A stretch of 64,000 bases of DNA from Leucoraja ocellata (lineage: Eukaryota), in the NCBI GenBank assembly GCA_036785375.1, contig JAWMAR010000066.1, positions 2,294,001-2,358,000 of the forward strand, written 5' to 3'. Positions 51,255-63,459 of this stretch are shown here, in pieces. The notes under the pieces were generated by a model that worked only from the letters and a program-made list of their open reading frames with translations, ran no database searches and was not told where the DNA came from. Each line of letters opens with the position of its first letter. Within the stretch, counting starts at the first letter, position 1. Position numbers and translations under genes: made by a program.

Positions 51255-52150
51255 GAATCTGGGTGTCCATTGACATGAAACAGGACAAGTTAGCATGCAG
51301 GTGTGTGCAAGTTATTAAGACAGCAAGTGGAATGCTGCCTTTTATTAGAAAGGGAATGGAGTGTGTAAGTGGGGAAGACTTGTGACAGCTGTGGTACCAC
51401 AGCTGGAATATCGTGTGCTGTTTTGGTCTCCTTATTTTGGAGGAGGTGTATTTTCAATGGAGACAGTTTGGGGAAGGTGATGCCTGGGATGAAGGGAATA
51501 CTATGGGAGGAGGAATTTAACAGGTTGTGCCTTTGCTTGTTGGAACTTAGAAGAAGAAATAGTGAGACAGGCAGCATCTCTGGAGAGAAGGAATGGGTGA
51601 TATTTCGGGTCGAGACCCTTCTCCAGTCCGAAGAAGGGTCTCAACCCGAAACATCACCCATTCCTTCTCTCCAGAGATGTTTGCTGCTCATCCCGCTGAG
51701 TTACTCCAGCTTTTTGTGCCTATCTTTGGTTTAAACCAGCATCTGCAGTTCATTTCCTACAGAATAAATAGTGATCTTATTGAAACATAAGATAGACAAA
51801 TAGTGATCTTATTGAAACTTAAGGTTATAAGGGGGCTTGACAAATTAGATACTGAGAGATAGTTCCCCTCATGGCAAATTCTTAATTCAGGGGACATTAT
51901 TTTATGGTAACAGCATTTAGGATGGGGGTGAGGAAGTGTTTTATCCACAGGGCTGTGAGTTTGTGTCATTTGCTCCTCCAGAGAGCTATGAAGACTGATT
52001 CAGTGATTATATTTAAGGCTGAAACCAATAGGCTTGTGGACAGCAGGGGAACCAGGAGACTCGAGGAACAAGCAGGAAAATAGTACTGAGGCCAAGATGA
52101 GATCCTGAGGCCAGATCCTACTGCAATAGCTGTTCCATTAATTCTGTATG
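51255..52150 (+). mobile_element. Old CR1 fragment interrupted by a Penelope inverted pair (~51565-51740)
   Basis: Degenerate CR1 ORF2 C-terminal sequence (ttttggtctcctta, gtgatcttattgaaac, which is duplicated). Confidence 0.6.
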
Positions 52151-52714
52151 TTCTTACGATAAGGAGCATTTGGGATTCCATCTCCATGCTCTGACAGAAG
52201 GTTGTGCAGAGCCAGGAGACCATGTGTCACACACGGGAGCAGCTTGAAGCTCTGAAAGAGCTAAGATATGTCACCAGCTGGAGCAGGTTAATGTCATTGA
52301 GTGGCAAAAAGGTAGCTCCTCTCCGTATGCACAGAGATGGACCGCTGGGCACCATGCAGTTCTCCAGTGGCTTCATGGTGAGTGAGCAACCAGTTGCACT
52401 TGATGGTCAGGGCTGCAGCATGACACTGCAACAGTAGTGAAGACCTGGCATATTTAGTTCAGTTCAGTTTACATTAGTTTAGAGATACAGCGCGGAAACA
52501 GGCCCTTCAGCCAACTGAGTCCGCACCAACCAATAATGAACCCCAGCACATTAGCACTACCCTGCACACACTAGGGACAATTTTACATTCATACCAAGCC
52601 AATTAACCTACAAACCTATTCAAGAAGGAACTGCAGATGCTGGAAGATCGAAGGTACACAAAATTGCTGGAGAAACTCAGCGGGTGCAGCAGCATCTATG
52701 GAGCAAAGGAAATA

Positions 52715-52750
52715 GGCAACGTTTCGGGCCGAAACCCTTCTTCAGACTGA
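52715..52750 (-). ncRNA. Minimal type-I hammerhead ribozyme motif (Penelope-associated), best-preserved copy seen
   Basis: Minus strand UCAGU-CUGAAGA-A-GGGU UUCG GCCC-GAAA-CG-UU-GCC: intact CUGANGA and GAAA, 4-bp stem II, palindromic stem III (AACGUU). Stem I is only ~2 bp. Confidence 0.65.
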
Positions 52751-52883
52751 TCAAACCTGTACGACTGATCAAACCTACAAACCTGTACATCTTTGGAGTG
52801 CGGGAGGAAACTGAAAATCTTGGAGAAGACCCACGCAGGTCACGGGGAGAACGTACAAACCCCGTACAGACAGCACCCATAGT

Positions 52884-53126
52884 GGACGCCCCGACCACGG
52901 GTGAACATTGGGGAACATCGGCGAGGAGGTTGACTGGACTTTGGTTCCCTCCCTCACAGTGGGGAACTTTGGTGCTGCTGTGGGGATGTTTGTGTGGTGG
53001 ACTATTGTGTTTCGTGTTTTTTATTTATTTTATTTATTTTTGTATGACTGTAAGGGAAAAATAATTTTGTTGCCTCTTCATTGAAGACAATGACAATAAA
53101 CGCAATCAAATCAAAATCAAATCAAA
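52884..53126 (+). mobile_element. GC-rich non-autonomous element with Rex-like tail (5' truncated)
   Basis: TSD ATAGT (52879-83, 53127-31); gccccgaccacgg..gaac shared with 1490-1510; TGACAATAAA + (AATCA)n. Confidence 0.75.
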
Positions 53127-53354
53127 ATAGTCCGTCCGGATTGAACCCGGGTTCCCTGGCGCTGTAAGGCGGAATTTCTACCTCTACACCAGCGTATTAG
53201 AACTATGTATCTCCTCACGAAGGGACATCGGTAGACCGAACCTGCAGACTCGTTCTGGCCACACAAGAGAGCAACATTCTGCTGGCACCCAGAGTTCAGG
53301 GCCACCTGTCGAGCCTACAGAGCCGGGCTGAGCCAGCAAACGGCCAGAATCACA

Positions 53355-53530
53355 GCAGATAGACACATAATGCTGAAGTAACTCAGCGGGACAGGCAGCA
53401 TCTCTGGAGCGAAGGAATGGGTGACGTTTTGGGTTGAGACCCTTCTTTAGACTCCAGATGCTGCCTTGTCCTGCTGAGTTACTCCAGAAATTTGTGTCTA
53501 CCTTCGATTTAAACCAGCATCTGCAGTTCT
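53355..53530. mobile_element. Inverted pair of Penelope 3' repeats
   Basis: agtaactcagcgggacaggcagcatct ... agatgctgccttgtcctgctgagttact. Confidence 0.7.
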
Positions 53531-53869
53531 CACCCCAGCAGGCAGGTACATCCAGACACACAGTTGAGTTTATGATTTTGACTTCCCCCGGCACTGTGTG
53601 AAAACATCCTTGTTTTAGGTAAATCGCAGAGATTGTTGGCATCGCTCAGTCTGCCATTCCTCACCCCGGGAAGCTGCCAGTGAAATGCTGCCAGGAAAGT
53701 CATGGCTCAGACACCCGTGGAATGAGCACCTCAGTAACTAAACTCAGTAACTCAGGAAACACTGCGTTTGTTCTGACTTTGGCCATGTCTGAGCACTCAA
53801 CCCACATATGTTCCCATGCCCACAAAATGTCTCTGTAAACAATAATAAAAGCAATAGGCTAAACGTGAT

Positions 53870-54282
53870 GGAGGTTAAACACAAGTTGAAGGAACAGCAT
53901 CTCACATTTTGATTAGGCAGCTTACAACCCAGTGGTGTGAATATTGAGTTCTCTTACTACAAATAACCCCTGCATTCCTTCTCTCTCCATCCCTCCCCCA
54001 CACAAATTGTACCAGCTTCAAAATCATCTTGCTGAGTCTCTCTGTCTGTACCCATCTTCACCTAGAACACAGCTAACAATGGCCTGCTTCCTTGATCATT
54101 GTTACTTTTTGCATTTCTTTCATTCATGTGTTCGATATCTCTCTATATCACCATCTATATCTCTCGTTTCCTTTTCCCCTGACTCTCAGTCTGAAGAAGG
54201 GTCTCGACCCGAAACATCACCGATTCCTTTTGTCCAGAGATGCTGTCTGACCCGCTGAGTTACTCCAGCATTTTCTGTCTAT
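53870..54282 (+). mobile_element. Penelope-like 3' end
   Basis: aaggaacagcatctcacattttgattaggcagcttacaaccc (decayed EQHLIFRLGSLQP); ctgaagaagggtctcgacccgaaac at 54191. Confidence 0.8.
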
Positions 54283-54616
54283 GTTGGATAAAAGCAACAA
54301 TGTGCTGACAGTCATACTGAGTGTTCCAATTTGGTTATAGATTACACTTTTTTCTTTAAATGGTGACCAAAAAAACAAACTGCTGGAGGAACTCAGTGGG
54401 GCAGGCAGTATCTGTGCAAGGAAATGGCAGACAACGTTTTGTTTCGGGACCCTTCTGCAGGCACCAAGTTATGTCTGAGGCGGCAGACCTGGTCAATGCG
54501 TGAATGGTAGTGTCATCAGCTGTGTCCCTAACAGTGGGGAAGTTATCAGGCAATGTATTCTGAACAGTTCACAAGAGTAGCCAGTCCAATTTCCCGAAGG
54601 GCATGATTTTGTCCTT

Positions 54617-54926
54617 AGAGCGCACAGTGACACAGCGGTAGAGTTGCTGCCTTACAGCGCCATGGACCTGGGTTCCACTCTGACTATTGGTGCTATCTGT
54701 ACAGGGTTTGTACATTCGTTCTGTGGTTGTGTGGCTTTTCTTCAGGTGCTCCAGTTTCCTCCCACATCTTCAAGACATGCAGGTTTGTAGGTTAATTAGC
54801 TTCTGTAAATTATCCTTAGTGTGTGGGATAAAACAGGCGTACGGGCGATCATTGGTCGACTCGGACTCAGTGGGCCAAAGGGCCTGTTTTCACACTGTAT
54901 CTCGAAACTAAACTAAACTAAACTAA
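54617..54926 (+). mobile_element. HE1-type SINE
   Basis: tRNA-like head, V-like core, CR1 tail and (TAAAC)n. Confidence 0.8.
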
Positions 54927-55669
54927 GATAATATACTCTATGTTCAAATACCATTTTCCAATTAAAATCTAATGTATCCAGTTTCCAGGCTAGAGTGTTT
55001 TGAAGGTACCTGAGTCACTTGGATGTAGGGCAAGGGAGAAAACATATGATGGGGAGAAATTGGACCTGAAATCAAAACGAGTGCACATCTTGGCTGCCAC
55101 CTGCTCCTGAAAAGGTTGGATTCAGTTCACTGCCTCAGTTGCCTCCAGCATGAAATGTTTTGCACTTGTTAAATACAAGCCAATCCCACCTGCAAGATGC
55201 AATTTGCAATGTGTCAAGTTTGTGAATGCCTCTAAAACCCATTTCAGTATGTACAGTCCCATCTAATTAGTTCGGCAGCATAGACAGGAACTATTAATGC
55301 TCTGCACTAGGTGTACCAGGGGAGCAGATAAACCACCCGATGTATTACTTAACGACCTCATTGTCTGAAATGCATGGCTCAAAAGAAAGTTCTAAATTTA
55401 CAGACAATGAACAGTAAAGATTCTCTGGGGAGAAATTGTTTCCTTTTAAACAGAGGTATATTACGAGAAAGAGCTGACCAGTTATTTGGAGAACATTACT
55501 ACAACAATGGGATGGATTTTTACTTGGAAATGGGATGTACGTGAGGTGGTGTTCCTAGGTTGAAAGAGAACTTGAATGAAGAACATATTTCCAGAGTACC
55601 TTGTAAATTTTATGACAAACAGCCTCTTTGAGCTGGTCCCATTTGCAGACAGCTTGATTGGCGATTCAG

Positions 55670-56195
55670 TTCAAAAAGGGCTGCAGGGAAAAGGCTGGGA
55701 ACTATAGGCCAGTGAGCTTAATATCTGTAGTTGGAAAGTTACTGGAGAGTATTCTGAGGAAGAGGATATACACGCATTTAGATAGACAAGGGATAGTGAG
55801 CATGGTTTTGTGCTTTGGATTTTGTGTCTGACGAATCTGTTCACAATTTTTTGAAGATGCGATCAAAAAGGTTGATGGGGGAAGAGTTGTAGATGTTGTA
55901 TACATGGACTTCAACAAAGCATTTGAGAAGGTTCCGCATGGTAGGCTGCTCTGGAAATTTAGATCGCATGGGATCCAAGGAGAGATAGCTGAATGGATAG
56001 AAAATTGACCAAGGAAGGAAGGATGGTGGAAGCTTGCTTCTCGGACTGGAGGCCTGTGACTAGTGATGTGCCTCAAAGTTCAGTGCTGGGCCCATTACTG
56101 TTTGTCATCTCTGTCAATGATTTGGATGAGCATGTACATGGCAAGTTTAGCAAGTTTATAGATGATACAAAAGTGGGTGGTATTGCAGATAGTGA
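55670..56195 (+). mobile_element. CR1 RT internal fragment
   Basis: FKKGCREKAGNYRPVSL, YMDFNKAF, VPQSSVLGPLLF, FIDDTK. Confidence 0.85.
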
Positions 56196-56329
56196 GAATT
56201 CAGGCTGACTATGGTTAAAATCAGAACAACTATTACATTTCAGGTAACATTAACTGTTTCAAGCAACCACAAAGTGCTGGACTAACTCACCACGTCAGGT
56301 AGCATCCATGAAGGAGGTGGACAGGCATT

Positions 56330-56525
56330 GTATTCTGTATTGTATTGTATTCAAATTTATTGTCATTGCCTCAATTTGAGACAACAAAATGAATTTCCCT
56401 TACAGGCAGTATCGTTAAAAACAAATCACAAGAAAAATAATAAAAATAAATAATAAATAAATAATAAAACATATTAAAAATAAAATTGAAATTGAATTAA
56501 AAATTTAAAAAATTTTTTTTTTAAA
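56330..56525 (-). mobile_element. 3' tail of GC-element family (same subfamily as 1434-1779)
   Basis: Reverse complement of the 1600-1779 tail, including (AATAC)n. Confidence 0.7.
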
Positions 56526-56921
56526 AAGGGCCATGTTTTGGGTTGGGGCCCTTCTTCTGTTTCTGACTTCACGGGTGCTGCCTGACTTGTAGAGTATTTG
56601 CTGAACGGTCTGCTTTCATTTCATTTCATAATTATATATATTTTTTCTTGTGTCATCACACAACTGTTGAATTTTGTGATGGCCCCGTCCGCACTGGCAG
56701 TCTGCTGCATCTTCAGTGGATGTGGCACTTTTATGACAATCAGCCTCTTTGAGCTGTTTCCATTTGCAGACAGCTTGATTGGCAATTCAGTTCAAAAAGG
56801 GCTGCAGGGAAAAGGCTGGGAACTATAGGCCAGTGAGCTTAATATATGTAGTTGGAAAGTTAGACTGCCAGTGCGGACGGGGTCTCCAGACTATGGAACA
56901 TCTCCTGAGCTGTGACATGCT

Positions 56922-57725
56922 ACCGGAAGTGGTGGCGCTGTCTTGCAGCTGCGGCTCGCCTGCAGTCCGTTTGTCTTTTCTTCTTTTTGTTTTCTTTTGT
57001 CCCGTTGTAACAGTTTATTTCGGTTTATTTAGTTGTGTATTGTGTGGGGGGGTGCGTGAAACATGTTTTTTGACACTTCCTTCGGGGGGGGGGGGGATGC
57101 GACCTTTCTTGCCGTATCCCCCGTCTCCGTCTCCATGTGCGCTGAAGCCCATCGCGGAGCTGGCAGCCTCCAACTGGGACCGACCTTGAGGCTCCGGAGG
57201 CAGAGCCAGCCAGGACTTACCAACACGAGGCTGGCCGACTTCGGGGCTGTCAGTGGCGTTGCGACCCAACTTCCGACCCGACTTCGGAGCCTCGGAGGCT
57301 TGGCCACGGGCCAGTGGACGACAACGTCGGGAGCTCGCAGGTCACAGGTTGGTGATCTGTTTTTCCAGAGCTCCCGCAACAACAGCTGGACTGGAGGGCG
57401 GCAGCTTCGGCAGCTTCAACCACCCCGGGCCACGGAGTTTGAACCGGCCCGTTTGCGGAGCTCGGATTCAGCCGCGGGACTTACTTACCATCACCCGGCG
57501 GGGTCACAACGTCGGAGGGCCTAGATTCCCTCAGCGTAGAGAAAGAGCAAGGAGGGAAGAGACAATGACTTTGGGACTTTTTGCCTTCCATCACAGTGAG
57601 GAGTGGTGGATGTTAAACTGTGTTGAGTGTGTGTTTTGTTGTTTATTCCATGTTATGTCTGCAGGCTAAACCATTTCATTCCACTGAAAAGTGCAATGAC
57701 AATAAAATTGAATCTGAATCTGAAT
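56922..57725 (+). mobile_element. Apparently full-length (~800 bp) GC-rich non-autonomous element with Rex-like tail
   Basis: 5' ccggaagtggtggcgct, T-rich then G-rich head, GC body, ggactttttgccttccatcacagtgagga, catttc-hairpin-TGACAATAAA-(TGAATC)n. Confidence 0.7.
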
Positions 57726-57738
57726 TAGATGACCATTC

Positions 57739-58044
57739 TAGTTTAGAGAAAGCGCGGAAACAGGCCCTTCGACCCACTGAGTCCGCACCGGTCAGCGATC
57801 CCCACAGATTAACACTATCCTACACACACTAAGGCTAATTTACACTTCCAAGCCAATTAACCTACAAACCTGTACGCATTTGGAGTGTGGGAGGAAACTG
57901 GAGATCCTGGAGAAAACCCACGTGGTCACGGGGAGAATGTACAAACTCCATACAGACAGCACCCTTATTCAGGATAGAACCCGGGTTTCCAGCGCTGCAA
58001 GCACTGTAAGGCAGCAACTCTACCACTGCGCCACCATGCCGCCC
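57739..58044 (-). mobile_element. HE1-type SINE
   Basis: Antisense head gggcggcatggtggcgcagtggtagag, core and tail. Confidence 0.85.
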
Positions 58045-58301
58045 TAATCTATTTCCTAAATTGGAATTGTTCAATTAATTTGCAAGACATAAGTGTTGCT
58101 GGTAACGATGGCACCTGCTGCCGGTTCCCAATCATCCTTAGACTGAATGGGTTGGGTGGACAATCAGAGGTCAGCCCAGAGTCAGCTAGATTATACCATG
58201 GTTCTGATGTCACACAGAGAACAGGCCAGCTAAGGATGGCAGATTTTTTGCCAAAACAGCAGAGTGAATTTCTTGAGTTCTGAATAACCTATTAACAGCC
58301 G

Positions 58302-59492
58302 TGAGGCATCGCGGTGGCACTGCGGTAGAGTTGCTGCCTTACATCACTTGCCGTACCAGGGACCCGGGTTCAATCTAGACTACAGGTGCTGTCCGTACGG
58401 AGTTTGTACCTTCTCACCGTGACCAGCGTGGGTTTTCTCCAAGATCTTACCAAGATGGTTTACTCCCACACTACAAAGACCTACAGGTTAATTGACTTGG
58501 TGTAAATGCAAAATTGTCCCTAGTGTGTTGGGTAATGTTGATGTGTGAGAGTCGCTGGTCAGTGCGGACTCGATGGGCCGAAGGGCCTGTATCCGCACAG
58601 TATGTATCCAAAGCCACACTCAACAAAATCAATAACCCCACTCTCACCATCGACGGCACCACTGTCTCCCCATCTCCCCAGGCCCGCAACCTTGGCATGA
58701 TCTTTGATTCCACCCTCTCCCATGAGCCTCACATCCGCCATGTCATTAAAACCTCCTTCTTTCATCTCCGCAACATCGCCAAACTCAGACCCTCTCTCAC
58801 ACCGCCCGCTGCTGAAAGACTCATCCATGCCTTCATCTCCTCCCGACTGTCCTATTGCAACTCACTTCTCCTTGGCATCAGCTCCACCTACATCAACCAA
58901 CTCCAACTGGTCCAGAACGCAGCCGCCCGACTCATCACCCACACCAAATCCTGGCATCACATCACTCCAGTCCTCAAACAACTTCACTGGCTTCCCATCT
59001 CCCACCGGATCACCTACAAAATCCTGATCCTCACCTACAAAGCCCTCCACCATCTGCCCCCTCCCCCCCATATCTCACTGACCTCCTCTCCCCCTACCAA
59101 CCCTCACGGTCCCTCAGATCCACATCAGCCGGTCTCCTCTCCATCCACAAGTCCAACCTCCGCAGTTTTGGTGACAGAGCCTTCTCCAGGGCAGCTCCCA
59201 GACTCTGGAACTCCCTCCCCCAACTGATCCGCAATTCCGTGTCCCTCACCATCTTCCAGTCCCGCCTCAAGACCCATCTCTTCACCTCTGCCTATCCTTA
59301 GCCCCACGTGCCGTCCCTTTTCATCTGTGCATTAATTGCCTCATATAGTGTTTTGTATTGAATTCTGTATTTACTTTGTGTACTAGTCATGTCTCTACTA
59401 TTTATTTCATTCCCCTTACATGTTTTTCCTCTACCTGCTAAATTTTTGTAAGGTGTCCTTGAGACTCTTGAAAGGCGCCCATAAATAAAATG

Positions 59493-59553
<61 letters not shown>

Positions 59554-59588
59554 GTATCTCTAAACTAAACTAAAAAACTAAACTAAAC
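58302..59588 (+). mobile_element. HE1-type SINE interrupted in its tail by an L2
   Basis: Head at 58302. The tail tgtatc|tctaaactaaac resumes at 59553. Confidence 0.8.
58609..59552 (+). mobile_element. 5'-truncated L2 LINE with (ATT)n tail
   Basis: ARNLGMIFDS...FFHLRNIAK...LQLVQNAAAR...LHWLP...RAFSRAAPRLWNSLP...FQSRLKTHLF; (ATT)n at ~59495-59552; TGTATC TSD. Confidence 0.92.
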
Positions 59589-59891
59589 AGCCACCTTTAG
59601 TTGTACCAGATCATTTTTTTTAGAAAAATCTCAGAGTTTCATTCAATAGAATGCATCTTGGTATCCTTGTTGGATCTCAACTCGTGCCTCTAGATCATTG
59701 GATTAATGTGCTATAGAAGGAGGCCATTCAGTCCACTGATACTATTCCAGCTCTTAATGAATTTCTATTTCCCCACATGTCTCTCAGTAACCTATTTTCT
59801 CTTATATGTCCATGAACCGCACTGGTTTTCCTACCAACCACCTACATTGGGAATAATTTACAGTAACTAATTAATCTACCAATCAGCATGA

Positions 59892-60200
59892 CTAGTTTAG
59901 TTTAGTTTAGTTTAGAGATTTAGCGCGGAAACAGGCCCTTTGGCCCACCGCGTCTGCGCCAACCTGCGATCCCCGCACATTAATGCTATCTATACACACT
60001 AGGGACAATTAACAATTATATCAAGACAATTAACCTACAAACCTGCATTTCTTTGGAGTGTGGGAGGAAACCGGGGATTCCGGAGAAAACCCACGCAGGT
60101 CACGGGAGAATGTACAAACTACTTACAGACAGCACCCGTAGTCAGGATCGAACCCAGGTCTCTGGCACTGTAAGGCAGCAACTCTACCGCTGTGCCACCA
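59892..60200 (-). mobile_element. HE1-type SINE
   Basis: (GTTTA)n tail, V-like core, B box ggatcgaacc (antisense). Confidence 0.85.
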
Positions 60201-60610
60201 CCCATGTCTTTGGCATGTGGAGGGAAACTAGGTAAACCCAGCCCATCACAGAGTGAAAATACAAAGCCCACACAAAGAGCAGTCTTTGGTTTGGTGTAGG
60301 AACGACTACAGATGCTGGTTTAGACCGCAGATAGACACACAATGCTGGAGTAACTCAGCGGCTCAGACAGCATCTCGGTAGAAAAAGGATAGATAACGTT
60401 TTGGGTCTGAAGAAGGGTCGCAGGGTGCTGTCTGACCCGCTGAGTTACACCAGCTTTTTGTGGCTATCTTAGCCTTAGGTTAGGATCGAACCCGGGTCAC
60501 TGGATCTGTGAGGCAGCAGCTCCACCAGCAGAGCCAAGCTGCTAACCCACGCATATTCCACTGTGTGAATTGATTTGAGTAACTCCATCATTGTCATGGT
60601 GTTCTGAGTT

Positions 60611-61429
60611 CAATCAATCAATCAATCAAGTTTTATTCGTCACTTGGACATACGTTCAAGTGAAATGAATTTGTCAGCAGCGGTACAATAAGAAAGAACA
60701 CACAAACACAATAAAAATGTAACACAAACATCCACCACAGCATTCATCACTGTGGTGGAAGGCACAACATTTGGCCAGTCCTCCTCCATTTTACCGTGTG
60801 GTCGGGACCTCAGCCCTCCGCAGTTGCCGCTGCGGGTGGCCAGATGAGCAGACAAGGTAAAGTCCAGGTAAGTCCTGAATCGGTGCCTCCCCACCAGAGA
60901 CCGCGGCTTCAAGTTGGTGTAGGCCGCAGGCCGGCGGTCGAAGATCTAAAGTCCCCACCGCGCCGCAGCCAGAAGCACCGCAGACTGCAGGGCCGACGGT
61001 CAGAGCTCCTCTCCAGGGATCCCCAGCCAGGGACCCCGCTCCGGATGGTAAGTCCCCACCGCACCCGCGGTAGAAGCTGGACAAGGGCCGGCGTTTGGAG
61101 CTCTTCTCCCGGGTCCCCAACGAGGGACCCCAGGCCTGCTCCACAACGAGAGTCCGCACTGCACCCGCAGCCGAAGCCCCGGGCCTGTCTCCAGGAAAGG
61201 CCGCACCGATCCTTGCTGTTAGGCCAAGGGGGAGGCGACATGGAAAAAGTTGCCTTGCCATGGAGGAGGCGGCCAAAATGGTTTCCCCCTTACCCCCCTA
61301 CATCACCCCCCACACAAGACACACCGAGAAACATTAAAAACATACATTGGGACATACTAAAAAAACAAACAAAGTAGAAAAAACAAACACGCTGCTGGCA
61401 GGGCTGCCGGCTTGCAGCGCCCGACCGAC
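60611..61429 (-). mobile_element. Apparently full-length GC-rich non-autonomous element with Rex-like tail
   Basis: Same architecture as 56922-57725 on the minus strand; hairpin cacttgaacgtatgtccaagtg, GACGAATAAA, (TTGA)n; possible CAATC TSD. Confidence 0.7.
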
Positions 61430-61822
61430 CAATCCAGCGCATCAGCAGGGTAAATTCCAATGTGTACTGTGGAGCTTCCTCTAAAATACAGCTTGACCTA
61501 AAATCTGCAAACAATATCTATTTTTTTAAAGTTGGGCCGTGATTTAATTGTTGCAATCCCCTTATTATTAGTGTTGGACCCACTGAAGCAAAAGAAATAA
61601 AAACTTGCTTTTATTTAATTCCAATCACATATCTTTCTGGCTGTTCCAATACAGCTTTACAGCTGGTGAGAGAGTTAAGGCAGCAGCCAGTTTGAAACAC
61701 TGTTCTTTCAAACATAACAACCTCTCCTAAATAACAATTCTGGCAAAATAGTAATCTGTCTTTGCGACGTTGGTTGGGGGATAAACATTGGAAAAGTTGG
61801 CAAGGATACTCTACTCCTCACC

Positions 61823-62290
61823 AGAATCAGAATCAGAATACCGATTATTGTCATTTGAACCTAAGTTCAAACGAAATTTCGTTTCTGCAGTCATACGAAC
61901 AAGGAAAAAACCAAGACACACAATTAACACAATTTACACAAACATCCATCACAGTGAATCTACAAACATCTCATCACAGTGAATCTACAAACATCTCCTC
62001 ACCTGGAAGGCAAAGTCTCTCCCCGTTCTTTATTCTTCTCCCGATGTAAGTCCCGCGGCCGATAAGGCCGCGCCGGGCGATGTAAGGCCCTGCTCCGGGT
62101 CTTGATGTTGGAGCCCCCGGCGGGCGATGGCAAGTCCCGCGGTCGTTAAAGCCGCGCCGGGCGATTTAAAACCCCGCTCCGGGTTGTTTTTAACCCCGTG
62201 ATTCGGGCGGAAGAAGTTGCCATTGCGGGAGCTCCAAAAAGCAGTCTCCCACCAGGGACCCGCGAGCTCCCGATATCACCGTCCACCGGG
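61823..62290 (-). mobile_element. GC-rich element with Rex-like tail
   Basis: Minus strand: GC body with an internal repeat, gactttgccttccaggtgagga, atttcgt-ttgaacttaggttcaa-atgacaataa, (TTCTGA)n. Confidence 0.62.
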
Positions 62291-62574
62291 CATATCTACC
62301 ATTAATTTCTCCTAAGTACCCACTGTATCTCTCGTTCCCCTTTTACCGATTCTCAGTCTGAAGAAGGATCTTGACCTGAAACGTCACCTATTCCTTTCCT
62401 ACAGAGATGCTTGACCCACTGAGCTACTCCAGCCCTTCGTCTGTCTCTGGTTTAAATTAGCATTTGCAGTTCCTCCCTGCACATTATATTAAACCTATCA
62501 TGCGTAATCTTCAGATAAACCACTTTAAAATATCCACCCCAGTTTGATTTGAGGAATAAATGCAATTGAAGAAT

Positions 62575-63459
62575 TATTTTTTATTTTATTTTTATTTATT
62601 TATTTTTTTAATTTTATTAGAAGTTAGTACAATACAAAACAATACAGTGGGACCTAATATTAGGTGCCAACTATGTCATAACGTAATTATACATTCTATG
62701 TACAACCTCCAGTTTTATGTTTTTGAAAAGAAAATAAGAAAGACAAGAAGAAGGGAAAAAAAAAAGAATTGGAGAAGAGAAAAAGAGGACAAATAGGTAG
62801 TAGAAAATAGAAAAATGTGAAGTGTGTGTATAAGAAAAGAAAAAGTGGAAAGTAGAAATATGAGCAAAAGACCCTTAAAAGAGAAATTTTCAAATCTTTA
62901 TTCGGAGATGTAGATCTATCCGCGTCATGAACTGAAATCAGCAATCTTTACGGTACCGCTGCATCACATGATTCCAAAAAGTCGATAAAAGGGGACCAAC
63001 TCCTTAAGAATTGGTCATATTTATCTATTAGTCGGAGTCTCATTTCTTCAAGGCGTGCTATGTCCATCATATTCCTAATCCACATTTTAACAGTTGGTAT
63101 GGTTGTATTTTTCCAAAATTTAAGTATCAATTTCTTTCCAATTATTAACCCATAACTAAAAAAAACTTTTTGGTCTTTATTTAAATTGATATCTTCTACT
63201 ATTATTCCAAATATAATCCATTCCGTATTAGGTTCTATTCCTGACTTGAAAAGCTTTGTAAATATATCAAATATATCGCTCCAAAATGTATTCAACTTTA
63301 TACATCCTACAAATGAATGTGTTATATTAGCGTTTTGAAACAAACATTTATCGCATCTGGGAGAGACGTTTGGGTAAAATCTATTCAACCTCGTTTTTGA
63401 ATAATATAGTCTATGTAATAATTTAAATTGAATTAAATTATGTCTTTCATTAATGGAAC
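62575..63459 (-). mobile_element. 5'-truncated L1-clade LINE
   Basis: Open ORF2 C-terminus with CCHC knuckle (RCDKC...THSFVGC...FW) and WSPFIDFL; A-rich tail; 10-bp TSD ATTGAAGAAT (62565-74, 63460-69). Confidence 0.88.

Larger units (their letters stand above)
52452..53190 (-). mobile_element. HE1-type SINE with two nested insertions (Penelope repeat ~52618-52750; GC element 52884-53126)
   Basis: SINE tail, core and head are collinear around both inserts. An ATAGT TSD flanks the second insert. Confidence 0.8.

Noticed and set aside
54465-54600. Minus-strand ADDTT motif
   Set aside because: Probably a tiny decayed RT remnant; insufficient to assign a family or boundaries.
57063-57669. Several overlapping long ORFs (also 60791-61377 and 35355-36057)
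   Set aside because: Stop-poor GC-rich repeat sequence, open in many frames on both strands, with no protein motifs.
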